Shown here: one piece after another, positions 40,096 to 49,633 of the stretch
How the letters are laid out: the number at the start of each line of letters is the position of its first letter
Numbering within the stretch: the first letter of the stretch is position 1
Source of the DNA: a bacterium
GTDB lineage: Bacteria; UBA8248
NCBI GenBank assembly: GCA_965199855.1
Contig: OZ241326.1
Span: 2,944,001-3,008,000, forward strand
DNA: 64,000 bases
Direction of reading: 5' to 3'
Notes under the pieces: generated by a model
What the model saw: the letters and a program-made list of their open reading frames with translations, nothing else
Told to the model about the DNA's origin: nothing
The model's database searches: none
Position numbers and translations under genes: made by a program

Positions 40096-40935
40096 ATGAA
40101 ATTCGGCGTCGCCATCTTCCCGACCGACTACTCCATCGCCCCGCACCGGGTCGCCAAAGAGGCGGAGGAGCGGGGCTTCGAGTCCGTCTTCTTCCCGGAG
40201 CACACCCACATTCCGGCGAGCCGGAAAACCCCCTGGCCCGGCGGCGCCGAGCTGCCGCGGGAATACTCGCATTCGCTCGATCCGTTCGTGGCGCTCGGCG
40301 CGGCGGCCGCGGCGACGGAAAAAATCATGCTGGGCACGGGCGTCTGCCTCGTCATCGAGCGCGACCCCATCACCCTGGCCGGCGAGGTGGCCTCGCTCGA
40401 CCACCTCTCGGGCGGGCGCGTCCTCTTCGGCGTCGGCGGCGGCTGGAACCGCGAGGAGATGGAGAACCACGGCACCAGCTTCCCGAAGCGCTGGCGCGTC
40501 CTGCGCGAGCGCGTCGAGGCGATGAAGGCCATCTGGACGGAGGAGGAGGCGAGCTACCGCGGAGAATTCGTGAATTTCGAGCGCATCTGGTCCTGGCCCA
40601 AGCCGGTTCAGAAGCCGCACCCGCCCATCCTGGTGGGCGGAAACGGGGCGAGGACGCTCGAGCGCGTGGTTCGCTACGGGGACGGGTGGATGCCCCTGCC
40701 CCGGGGAGACGCGGACTGGACTCCGCGCGTCCGGGAGCTTCAGGCGCTGGCGGCGCAGGCGGGGCGCGGGGAGATTCCCGTCACGCTGTTCTTCGCTCCT
40801 CCGGACCCGGAGAAGCTGCGCGCCCTCGAGAGCGCGGGGGTGGCGCGGAGCCTCTTCTACCTCCCCTCGGCGGAGGCGGACGTCGTCCTGCCGAAGCTGG
40901 ATGAGCTGGCCGGCGTCGCTGCGCGATTCGGCTGA
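40096..40935 (+). CDS. LLM class (F420-type) oxidoreductase
   Basis: FPEHTHIP, DPFVAL, SLDHLSGGR, GWNREE, PKPVQKPHPPI. Confidence 0.88.
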   Translation: MKFGVAIFPTDYSIAPHRVAKEAEERGFESVFFPEHTHIPASRKTPWPGGAELPREYSHSLDPFVALGAAAAATEKIMLGTGVCLVIERDPITLAGEVASLDHLSGGRVLFGVGGGWNREEMENHGTSFPKRWRVLRERVEAMKAIWTEEEASYRGEFVNFERIWSWPKPVQKPHPPILVGGNGARTLERVVRYGDGWMPLPRGDADWTPRVRELQALAAQAGRGEIPVTLFFAPPDPEKLRALESAGVARSLFYLPSAEADVVLPKLDELAGVAARFG

Positions 40936-40941
40936 GAGGCG

Positions 40942-40987
40942 AAAAAAGCCCCCCGGCGCGCCGCCCCTCGCGGCCGTCGGGGGGCTT
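40942..40987. terminator. Hairpin terminator between the convergent LLM gene and msrA
   Basis: AAGCCCCCCGGCG...CGTCGGGGGGCTT stem with an A6 flank (U-tract on the minus strand). Confidence 0.55.
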
Positions 40988-41002
40988 CCTCTTCGCGCCC
41001 GC

Positions 41003-41470
41003 CTAGTGGCAGTGGGCGATTCCGCGCTTTTCGAGATACTGCTGGTGGTAGTCCTCGGCCATCCAGAACCTGGACGCCGGCGTGATTTCCGTCACGATCG
41101 GGGCGTAATGGCGGCCCGAAGCCTCCTGCTCCTCCTTGGAGGCGCGCGCCTCGGCCTCCTGCTCCGGCGAGAAGAAGAAAATCGCCGAGCGATACTGGGT
41201 GCCCACGTCGGGGCCCTGCCGGTTCGGCGTGCAGGGATCGTGAATCCGCCAGAACACGTTCAGCAGGTCGCGGTAGGAGACCCTCTCCGGCTCGAACTCC
41301 AGATGGACGACCTCCGCGTGTCCCGTGCGGCCCGAGCACACCTCTCGGTATTCGGGCGCCTCCTTCGCGCCGCCCGAATACCCCACCGCGGCGCTCGCCA
41401 CGCCCTCCACCCGGCGAAACGCCGCCTCCACCCCCCAGAAGCAGCCCGCGCCGAACATGGCCTTTTCCAT
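41003..41470 (-). CDS. msrA: Peptide methionine sulfoxide reductase A
   Basis: GCFWGVE, GHAEVV, QYRSAIF, AEDYHQQY. Confidence 0.96.
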   Translation of the reverse strand: MEKAMFGAGCFWGVEAAFRRVEGVASAAVGYSGGAKEAPEYREVCSGRTGHAEVVHLEFEPERVSYRDLLNVFWRIHDPCTPNRQGPDVGTQYRSAIFFFSPEQEAEARASKEEQEASGRHYAPIVTEITPASRFWMAEDYHQQYLEKRGIAHCH

Positions 41471-41497
41471 GAGCGTCCCCCTCGCTGAAAACCGGAC

Positions 41498-42595
41498 CTA
41501 AGGCTCCACCTCCACCCCGCCGGGCGCGCCTTCCGCCACCTCGCCGAAGACGGCCGCGGCCGCCGCCCCCGCCCCGCGCAGCTCCGCCAGAAGCGCCTCC
41601 GCCTTCTCCGCCGCCACCGCGATGATGAGCCCGCCCGAGGTCTGCGCGTCGTTCAGCAGGGCGAGCATCTCCTCGCTCACGCCCGGCTTCGGCTCGACGA
41701 AGGGCCGCGTCCACGCGCGGTTGCGCTCGCCCCCGCCCGCCGTGCCGGCGACCGCGCGCGGAAGCAGCCCCTCGAACTGCGGCACGCGGGAGAAGGAGAC
41801 GCGCGCCCGCGCGCCGCTGGCCTCCATCACGTTGCGCAGATGCCCCAGGAGGCCGAAGCCCGTCACGTCCGTGCAGGCGTTCACGCCCACGCGCATCATG
41901 GCCTCGCTCGCCCCCTTGTTGAGCGTCTTCATCGAATCGACGGCCTCCTCGAACACGCCGTCGGGGAGGCTGCCGTTTCTCCCGAAAACGCCGCGCGCGG
42001 CGCGCGCCAGCGCGCCCCCCCGCTTCGCCGCGTTCGCGACGACGCCGGTGCCGATTTTCTTCGTCAGGACGAGCTTGTCCCCCGGCTTCGCCCCCCGGTT
42101 CGTCACCATCTCCCGGGGGTCGACCGTTCCGGTGACGGCGATGCCGTATTTCGGCTCGGCGTCCTCCACGCTGTGGCCGCCCACGATGACGCCGCCCGCC
42201 TCGCGCATCTTGTCCGCCCCGCCGGCCAGGATTTCCCCGAGCACGTCCAGCCCGAGGCTGCAGGGAAAGCCCACCAGGTTCAGCCCGGTGACGGGCCGCG
42301 CGCCCATGGCGAAGCAGTCGCTCAGCGCGTTGGCCGCGGCTATCTGGCCGTAGGCGTAGGGGTCGTCCACGATGGGGGTGAAGAAGTCCACCGTCTGGAC
42401 GATGGCCAGATCCTCCCGGAGCCGGTATACGCCCGTGTCGTCTCCGGCGTTCGTCCCGTAGAGCAGGTTGGGGTCCGAAAACGGCTCGAACCGGCTCAGC
42501 GCCTCCCGCAGGTCCTCCGGACCCAGCTTCGAGCCTCAGCCGCCCGCCCTGGCCATCCGCGTGAGCCGCGTCTTTCTCTCCGACGTCGCCGCCAT
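41498..42595 (-). CDS. selD: Selenophosphate synthetase, selenocysteine-containing (UGA at codon 20, 42536-42538)
   Basis: RLTRMARAGG-U-GSKLGP is in frame with DDTGVY, QTVDFFTP, DVTGFGLLGH and DAQTSGGL. SECIS-like hairpin GGTCC-GGA-GGACC follows the UGA. Confidence 0.93.
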
Positions 42596-42681
42596 GCCCT
42601 CTCCAGAAAACGGCCCTGCGGCCTGGAAAACCCTCCTATCGGGAATCATAATACACATCGAAGGGATAGACAAAAAACGGC

Positions 42682-42715
42682 GATGACGTATTCAACGCGC
42701 GTCAAATACGTCATC
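42682..42715. promoter_or_regulatory. 34-bp near-perfect palindrome (putative operator)
   Basis: GATGACGTATTCAACGCGCGTCAAATACGTCATC lies between divergent genes. Confidence 0.6.
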
Positions 42716-42765
42716 ATCCCCCAAAACATCTCTCTCCCTCCGCGCCTTCCGGAAAGGACTCCCGC

Positions 42766-43743
42766 ATGAAAGTCGTGATTTCCGACGATTACCAGGACTG
42801 CGTTCGCCGCCTCGCGTGCTTCTCCAAAATGGCGGGGCACGACGTAGCCATCCACAACGACACGGTGGAGAGCCTCGACGCGCTCGAGGAGCGCTTTCGG
42901 GAGGCGGAGGCTGTCGTGCTGATCAGGGAGCGCACCCGCATAACGGCCGATTTGCTCGCCAGGCTCCCCGCCCTCCGGCTGGTGAGCCAGACGGGGGCCG
43001 GCTTCGCCTCGCACGTCGACCTGGAAGCCTGCACGCGCCACGGGGTGGCCGTGGCCGCCGGAGGCGCGGGCACGCGCTCCACGTGCGAGCTCGCGTGGGG
43101 GCTCATCCTCTGCGCCATGCGCTCCCTGCCCCGGGAGATCCGCAGCCTCGCCGGGGGCGGCTGGCAGACCGCGCTGGGGGAGGATCTGTACGGGAAAACG
43201 CTCGGCATCTACGCCTACGGCAAAATCGGCGCCCAGGTGGCCGCCGTGGGCAAGGCGTTCGGCATGAGCGTCATCGCCCACGGGCGGGAGGGCTCCGCCG
43301 AACGCGCCCGGGCGGACGGAGTGGCGGTGGCGCGCGGCAGGGAGGCGCTCTTCGAGACGTCCGACGTCCTGAGCCTCCACATCCGCCTCACGCCGCAGAC
43401 GAGGGGCATCGTGACGGCGGAGGACCTGGGCCGCATGAAGCCGGACGCCCTTCTCGTGAACACCAGCCGCGCCGGGCTGGTGGAGGAGGGCGCGCTCGAG
43501 GCGGCGCTCAGGGCGGGAAGGCCCGGCTTCGCCGCCGTGGACGTCTATGAGAGCGAGCCGGTGCGGGGCGCCGCGCACCCGCTGCTGGCCATGGAGAACG
43601 CGATCTGCGCGCCCCACCTGGGCTACGTCACCCGGGGCACGTTCGAGAAGTATTTCGGCCTCGCCTTCGACCAGATCAACGCCTTCGCCGAAGGAAAGCC
43701 CATCAACGTCCACAACCCGGAGGCGCTGACGCGCCGGGCTTGA
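42766..43743 (+). CDS. D-2-hydroxyacid dehydrogenase family
   Basis: IRERT, YGKIG, VNTSRAGLV, DVYESEP, PHLGY. Confidence 0.9.
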   Translation: MKVVISDDYQDCVRRLACFSKMAGHDVAIHNDTVESLDALEERFREAEAVVLIRERTRITADLLARLPALRLVSQTGAGFASHVDLEACTRHGVAVAAGGAGTRSTCELAWGLILCAMRSLPREIRSLAGGGWQTALGEDLYGKTLGIYAYGKIGAQVAAVGKAFGMSVIAHGREGSAERARADGVAVARGREALFETSDVLSLHIRLTPQTRGIVTAEDLGRMKPDALLVNTSRAGLVEEGALEAALRAGRPGFAAVDVYESEPVRGAAHPLLAMENAICAPHLGYVTRGTFEKYFGLAFDQINAFAEGKPINVHNPEALTRRA

Positions 43744-43815
43744 TTTTTCGCGCGAGGCGGTGTTGAATCTCCTCCCGGAGCCGGAAAAACTCTCCCGCGC
43801 CTGAGGTTCTCCAGG

Positions 43816-44958
43816 TTGGACTTCGCCTTCAACGAGCGCCAGGAACTCATGCGCCGCACCCTCCGCGAGCGCCTCGATCGCGTCTGCCCGCCCGAATACG
43901 CGATGGCCTGCGACAGGAAGGGCGAAGCCCCCATCGACGCCTACGGGGCGCTGGCCGAGGACGGATGGATCGGCGTCTCCGCGCCCGAGGAATACGGGGG
44001 GATGGGGGGCGACGCGGTCGATCTGGCGCTCGTCCTGGAAACCGCGGGGACGCGCTACCTCGACCTCGCCACCATGATCTTCCGAAACGTCTGCTACGGG
44101 GTGGACGCCATGCTCGAAAGCGGAACGGAGGCGCAGAAAAAGGCGTTCATCCCCTCCGTCATCAGGGGCGAGAAGTTTTTCGCGTTCAGCCTCACCGAGC
44201 CGGACGCAGGCTCCGACGCCGCCGCCATCATCGCCCGCGCGGACAGGGAGGGGGACGTATTCCGGCTCACGGGCACGAAGAACTTCACCTCCGGAATGCC
44301 GACGGCCACCCACGTCCTCGTCGCCGCGCGAACGGACAGCTCGGGGGCGAAGCACGAGGGCATCACGAATTTCATCATTCCCGCGGACGCGGAGGGCGTC
44401 ACCTGGTCGAAGCTCGATCTGCTCGGCCACCGGGCGATGGGCACCTGCGTGGCGCACTACGACGCCGTGGAGGCGAGCGAGGCGGACGCGCTGGGCGCGG
44501 TGGGAGAGGGGTGGAAGGGACTCATGGCCTACCTCACCACCGAGCGGCTCTGCCTCTCCGCGGCGCGCGTAGGCGCGGCGGCGGCGGCGCTCGCGCTGGC
44601 GCTCGAGCACGCGAAGGAGAGGAGGCAGTTCGGACGCCCCATCGGGAAGTTTCAGGCCGTGAGCCACATGCTCGCCGAAATGCACGTGCTCGTGGACACG
44701 GCGAGGCTCCAGGTCTATCGCTTCGCCTGGCTCGTCTCGCAGGGAAAGGCGGGGCGCATCGAGGCGGCGACGCTCAAGCTCTACGCCGGAGAAGCCTACA
44801 AGAAGGCGGCCGACCTGGGCGTGCAGGTGATGGGCGGCTACGGCTACAGCGGGGAACACGCCATGGAGCGCCACTACCGAGACGCGCGGCTCGCCACCAT
44901 CGGCGCGGGCACGAGCGAGGTGCAGAGAAACATCATCGCCAAGGCGCTGGGGCTCTGA
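43816..44958 (+). CDS. Acyl-CoA dehydrogenase family protein
   Basis: PEEYGG, LTEPDAGSD, RRQFGRPIGKFQAV, GGYGY, GTSEVQR. Confidence 0.92.
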   Translation: MDFAFNERQELMRRTLRERLDRVCPPEYAMACDRKGEAPIDAYGALAEDGWIGVSAPEEYGGMGGDAVDLALVLETAGTRYLDLATMIFRNVCYGVDAMLESGTEAQKKAFIPSVIRGEKFFAFSLTEPDAGSDAAAIIARADREGDVFRLTGTKNFTSGMPTATHVLVAARTDSSGAKHEGITNFIIPADAEGVTWSKLDLLGHRAMGTCVAHYDAVEASEADALGAVGEGWKGLMAYLTTERLCLSAARVGAAAAALALALEHAKERRQFGRPIGKFQAVSHMLAEMHVLVDTARLQVYRFAWLVSQGKAGRIEAATLKLYAGEAYKKAADLGVQVMGGYGYSGEHAMERHYRDARLATIGAGTSEVQRNIIAKALGL

Positions 44959-45063
44959 CCGCTCCGGGGACTTGAGGATTTCGCCCGAAGAGCCGAAACT
45001 GGCACTTCCGGGCCGCGCCGCGAAACCGACGCGGCGGCATTCATTCACGGGGACGCGGGCTTC

Positions 45064-45531
45064 ATGCCACTCGACAAGAGCGCGCTGGAAAGAGAGTTTC
45101 CCGAGTTCGAGTTCCGCGTCGAGCGCGGAAAAATACGCGAATACGCCCTCGCCCTGGGCCTCGCCGACCCGGTGCACACGAACCTCGAGGCCGCCAGGGC
45201 CGCGGGCTTCGACGACCTGCTCGCTCCGCCCACCTTCGTCCGCCAGTTCTGGCACGAAACGCCCGAGAACGACCCCATGCCCCATCTGGGCTACGACCCG
45301 AAGCGCCGCCTCCACGGGGAGCAGGAGTTTGAATACCACAAGCCCCTGGTCGCCGGCATGAGCCTGAGGGGCCGAAACGCCATCGTCTCCACCCGCGAGA
45401 AGGAAGGCCGCCGGGGCGGCATGATGACCTTCGTCGTCATCGAGACCAGGTTCGAGGACGAGGCGGGCGAGCTCGTCCAGGTGGCGCGGCGCACCCTCAT
45501 CGAGACGGCGGCGCCTCCCAAAGAGGGCTGA
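45064..45531 (+). CDS. MaoC-like dehydratase N-terminal subunit
   Basis: VERGKIREYA, APPTF, LHGEQEFEYH. Confidence 0.85.
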   Translation: MPLDKSALEREFPEFEFRVERGKIREYALALGLADPVHTNLEAARAAGFDDLLAPPTFVRQFWHETPENDPMPHLGYDPKRRLHGEQEFEYHKPLVAGMSLRGRNAIVSTREKEGRRGGMMTFVVIETRFEDEAGELVQVARRTLIETAAPPKEG

Positions 45532-45543
45532 GCGAGACCGGAC

Positions 45544-45975
45544 ATGACGAAACCCCTTGCATACGCGAAATGGGAGGAGCTCGCCGAGGGCGCGGAGCGC
45601 GAGCTGAGGGCGGGGCCCATCACCCGGACGGATCTCGTGCGCTACGCGGGGGCGAGCGGCGACTTCAACCCCAACCACCACGACGAGATATACGCCATCC
45701 GCGCCGGCTTCGAGAAGCCCTTCGCCCACGGAATGCTCCAGGGCGGATACCTCGCCCGCCTGCTCGCCGAATGGCTGGGCCCCGACTCGCTCAGGAAATT
45801 CAGGCTCCGCTTCAGCGCGCAGGCGTGGCCGGGCGACCTGGTGATCTGCCGGGCCGTCGTCTCGCGCCGATACGAGGAGGCGGGCGCGCGCCTCGTGGAG
45901 ATCGAGGCGCGCGCGGCGAACCAGCGCGGCGACGCGCTCATCGAGGCGACGGCCACCGCCGCGCCCCGCGGCTGA
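45544..45975 (+). CDS. MaoC family dehydratase
   Basis: YAGASGDFNPNHHD, AHGM. Confidence 0.88.
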   Translation: MTKPLAYAKWEELAEGAERELRAGPITRTDLVRYAGASGDFNPNHHDEIYAIRAGFEKPFAHGMLQGGYLARLLAEWLGPDSLRKFRLRFSAQAWPGDLVICRAVVSRRYEEAGARLVEIEARAANQRGDALIEATATAAPRG

Positions 45976-45991
45976 CCCCGGGATTCCGCCC

Positions 45992-47188
45992 ATGCTGGAA
46001 GGCTACCGCGTCCTCGACCTCGGGCAGGTCATCGCCGGCGCCGTCGGCGGCATGATTCTCGCCGACATGGGCGCCGAGGTCATCAAGGTCGAATCCCCCC
46101 AGGGCGACATCGGGCGCAACCCCGCCATCGCCGGCATCGGCCCCGTCTCGAGCATCTTCCTCACCTTCAACCGGGGCAAGAAGAGCATCGTCATCGACCT
46201 GAAGGCGCCCGAGGGCAGGGAGGTATTCCTCTCCCTCGTGGAGAAGTCCGACGCCGTGATGGTGAACTTCCGGCCCGGAACCATGACGCGGCTGGGTCTC
46301 GGCTACGAGGCCATGCGGGAGAGAAACCCCGATATCGTGTTCGTGGACTCGAGCGGCTACGGCGAGCGGGGCCCCTGGCGCGACAAGCCCGCCTTCGACC
46401 TGGTCGAGCAGGCCGTGAGCGGCCACATGTCCATCACCGGCGAGCCGGGCCGCCCGCCCGCCAGGAACGGCTCCCCCACGGCGGACATCTCCACCGCCCT
46501 CTACGCGGCCATCGCCTGCATGGCGGGCCTTCTCGGAAAGGCGAAGGGCGGGGGCGGGACGCACCTGGAAGTCCCCATGTTCGACGTCCAGCTCGCCATG
46601 CTCGGCTACATCGCCACCATGTTCCTGAACAGCGGCGACGTGCCCGAGCCGCCCGGCAGCGCGCACGAATACATGGTTCCCTACCAGGCGTTTCCGACCG
46701 CCACCATCTACATCGTGCTCTCCCCGCGCGAGGAGCGCTTCTGGCGAAAGATGTGCGAGGTCATGGGCATCGGGGAGCTGGCGGACGACCCGCGCTTCCG
46801 CACGAACGACCTGCGCGCCGAGAACAGGGACGCCCTGCTCCCCGTCATGGAGGAGATTCTCATCCGCCGGCCGGGCGAGGAGTGGATCGCGCTCTTCGAG
46901 GCGGCGGGCGTGCCCGCCGCGCCGGTGAACCCGCTGGATCGCGCCCTCGACAACGAGCAGGTGCGCGCGCGCCGCCTCATCCGCGAATACGAATACCCGA
47001 AAATCGGAAGCGTGAAGGTGGTGGGCAACCCCATTCTGAACCGCGCGGCGAACGGAAACCCCGACCCGGCGCCCGCTCCCCTCCTGGGGGGCGACGCCGA
47101 GGCCATCCTGCGCGGCGTTCTCGGCATGACGGAGGAGGGCGTCCGCGCCCTCCTCGCCGCAGGCGTCGTCCGCGCCGAAGCCTCCTGA
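45992..47188 (+). CDS. CaiB/BaiF class III CoA-transferase
   Basis: RVLDL, LADMGAEVIKVE, NRGKKS, NFRPG, APLLG. Confidence 0.92.
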   Translation: MLEGYRVLDLGQVIAGAVGGMILADMGAEVIKVESPQGDIGRNPAIAGIGPVSSIFLTFNRGKKSIVIDLKAPEGREVFLSLVEKSDAVMVNFRPGTMTRLGLGYEAMRERNPDIVFVDSSGYGERGPWRDKPAFDLVEQAVSGHMSITGEPGRPPARNGSPTADISTALYAAIACMAGLLGKAKGGGGTHLEVPMFDVQLAMLGYIATMFLNSGDVPEPPGSAHEYMVPYQAFPTATIYIVLSPREERFWRKMCEVMGIGELADDPRFRTNDLRAENRDALLPVMEEILIRRPGEEWIALFEAAGVPAAPVNPLDRALDNEQVRARRLIREYEYPKIGSVKVVGNPILNRAANGNPDPAPAPLLGGDAEAILRGVLGMTEEGVRALLAAGVVRAEAS

Positions 47189-47243
47189 GCCGCCGCAGAC
47201 GCGGCGAAAAGCGCGCGGCGGGCGGAATCGCGCGCCTCGTCTC

Positions 47244-47417
47244 CTACGGGTAGTTCCGGCTCCCCGTCCGCTTGATGAGCTCCGTGAGCGCGACCATCGC
47301 CTCGTCGTGCTTTCGCATGGTCTCTTCGTGTTTGCGCTCCGATTCCGCCATGGCTTCGGCGTGCCGCTTCTCGGAAGCCGTCATCGCTTCGGCATGCCGC
47401 TTCTCGGAGGCCGTCAT
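47244..47417 (-). CDS. 57-aa microprotein built of 11-aa repeats (MTASEKRHAEA)
   Basis: GGAGAGGAG RBS; 33-bp tandem units that degenerate toward the C-terminus. Confidence 0.5.
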   Translation of the reverse strand: MTASEKRHAEAMTASEKRHAEAMAESERKHEETMRKHDEAMVALTELIKRTGSRNYP

Positions 47418-47532
47418 CGCTCCTCTCCCCGCTTCGCCCCGATTCGGGCGCTCGCGCCGGCCCGTCCCGCGCATCATACGAAACCGGGGGCGCGGCGGCA
47501 ACCTGCTCATTCATTGGAGGCGGTTCACGCGC

Positions 47533-47596
47533 CGCGGGGCGTCCCCGGGGAGGGCCCGCCCCTGCGGCGGGACAACCACAGGGGGTTGCCCCTGCG
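47533..47596. repeat. REP-like palindrome pair
   Basis: GGGACAACCACAGGGGGTTGCCCCTGC matches the copies at about 2330 and 3360; an adjacent GGGGCG..CGCCCCTGC hairpin. Confidence 0.7.
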
Positions 47597-47793
47597 AAAC
47601 CGATAGCGAGGGCAGGGGCTCACGGCTCCGGTCCGGCTCTCTCGCGCCTCGACAGCGTGAATTCAGCGAAAATTCCACCCGTCTCTCCCATAAATCGCCT
47701 CATTTTCCCGGTTCGGGGTTGATTTCGTTTTATTTTCGCAATACGATTTCGCATTATATTCACTACCCCGTCAACCAAAACAGGAGAGACGCC

Positions 47794-49329
47794 ATGCTCG
47801 CCAAAACCCAGGCGGCCGCCGTCCTCGGCGTGGACGCCTACCCCGTCGAAGTGGAGGTGGACCTCGCCTCCGGCCTGCCGCACTACTCCACCGTCGGCCT
47901 GCCCGACGCCGCCGTGAAGGAGAGCAAGGAGCGCATTCGCGCCGCCATCGTCAACACGGGCTTCATCTACCCGATGGGGCGCATCACCGTGAGCCTCTCG
48001 CCCGCGGACGTCCGCAAGGAGGGCAGCGCCTTCGACCTGCCCATCGCGCTCTCGCTCCTGCGCGCGAACGGGGTGTTTCACGCGCGCTCGCAGATGGAGG
48101 ACGCCATGATGTTCCTGGGCGAACTCGCCCTGGACGGCTCCCTGCGGCCCGTGCGCGGCGCGCTGAACGTAGCCGTCCTCGCCCGGAAGATGGGCAAGCG
48201 CGGGGTCGTCCTCCCGGCGGAGAACGCGCCCGAGGCCGCCGTCGTCGAGGAGCTCGAGGTCTATCCCGTCCACACGCTCCCCCAGGTGGTGGGCTTCATC
48301 CGCGAGGAGATCGACATTCCGGCGGCGAGGCGCGGCGAGGCGAACGGCGCGGAGAAGCGGGAGGGCGCGGCGGTCGATTTTCTGGACATACGGGGCCAGC
48401 GCCAGGCCAAGCGCGCCGTGGAAGTGGCGGCGGCCGGCTCGCACAACCTGCTGATGATCGGCCCGCCCGGCAGCGGCAAGAGCATGCTGGCCAAGCGGTT
48501 CCCCACCATCCTGCCGCCCCTCTCGCTGGACGAGGCCATCGAGACCAGCCAGGTGTGGAGCGTGCTGGGCAAGCTCACGAAGCGCGACTCCCTCATCCGG
48601 GAGCGCCCCTTCCGCGCCCCGCACCACACCATCAGCGACGCGGGGCTGGTGGGCGGGGGCGCGCTGCCGCTCCCCGGCGAGGCCTCGCTCGCCCACAACG
48701 GCGTGCTGTTTCTGGACGAGCTGCCCGAATTCAGGAAGAACGTGCTCGAATCGCTCCGCGGCCCGCTCGAGGACGGGCGCATCACCATCAGCCGGGCGCA
48801 GGCGAGCCTCTCGTTTCCGGCGCGCTTCATGCTCGCCGCCGCCATGAACCCCTGCAACTGCGGCCTGCTCGGAGACGGCGCCTGCTCCTGCACTCTCCCG
48901 CAGGTGGCGAAATATCGCTCGCGCGTCTCGGGGCCGATTCTGGATCGCATCGACATCCACGTCCCCGTGCCGAGGGTTCCCTGGAAGGAGCTCGCCGAGG
49001 ACCCCGAGGGCGAGCGCTCGGAGGCGATCCGCGAGCGCGTCCTCAGGGCACAGGCGATTCAGAAGGAGCGGCTGGGCGGCCACCCCGGCATCTACGCCAA
49101 CGCCCACATGGGGCCCGCCCTCATCAACGAGCACTGCGCGATCGAGGCCGAGGGGATGCGCCTGCTCAAGATGGCGGTGGAGAAGCTGGGGCTTTCGGCG
49201 CGCGCCTACCACCGCGTGCTGAAGGTGGCGCGCACCATCGCGGATCTGGCCGGCGAGAGCGCCATCGCCCCCCAGCACGTGGCGGAGGCGGTGCAGTATC
49301 GCCAGCTGGACAGGCGGCTGCCCGCGTGA
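47794..49329 (+). CDS. comM: ComM/YifB Mg-chelatase-like AAA+ helicase
   Basis: VGLPDAAVKES, GPPGSGKSMLA, RPFRAPHHT, LAHNGVLFLDE, AMNPC, SARAYHR. Confidence 0.95.
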   Translation: MLAKTQAAAVLGVDAYPVEVEVDLASGLPHYSTVGLPDAAVKESKERIRAAIVNTGFIYPMGRITVSLSPADVRKEGSAFDLPIALSLLRANGVFHARSQMEDAMMFLGELALDGSLRPVRGALNVAVLARKMGKRGVVLPAENAPEAAVVEELEVYPVHTLPQVVGFIREEIDIPAARRGEANGAEKREGAAVDFLDIRGQRQAKRAVEVAAAGSHNLLMIGPPGSGKSMLAKRFPTILPPLSLDEAIETSQVWSVLGKLTKRDSLIRERPFRAPHHTISDAGLVGGGALPLPGEASLAHNGVLFLDELPEFRKNVLESLRGPLEDGRITISRAQASLSFPARFMLAAAMNPCNCGLLGDGACSCTLPQVAKYRSRVSGPILDRIDIHVPVPRVPWKELAEDPEGERSEAIRERVLRAQAIQKERLGGHPGIYANAHMGPALINEHCAIEAEGMRLLKMAVEKLGLSARAYHRVLKVARTIADLAGESAIAPQHVAEAVQYRQLDRRLPA

Positions 49330-49633
49330 CGCCGCCGCGGGCACTCGTTCTTCCGGCCCTCCTCCCGCGCACGGGAGAAAACGGCGGGGAGCGTTGGTGA
49401 AATCTCATGAATCATTGACCGGGCGAGCGGCCCGTGACATATTGCGGCGAGCGAGGGAGGGGAAAACCTCACCCGGGAATGCGTATTTATCGCTTGGGAA
49501 CGGTAAAATGGCTTTGCGAGGATGCCCGGGGATGCTATCTTGTCCGCAATTCTCGAAGCAAGTTGCGCTATCAAGTCCGGGCAAGCCGCGCTCGGTTTTA
49601 TCAGCATCTCTCCGCCCTGCAAGGAGTTGAAAA

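Noticed and set aside
41003-41470. MsrA or the molybdoenzyme as further selenoproteins
   Set aside because: Both have Cys codons and no in-frame TGA.
41498-42595. selD (and likewise the AhpD-like gene at 61625-62302) as nonsense pseudogenes
   Set aside because: In each gene the sole stop is TGA at the catalytic Cys position with a downstream SECIS-like hairpin.
47794-49329. comM interrupted by a mobile element
   Set aside because: comM is intact. The RM islet lies downstream with no integrase or att repeats visible.
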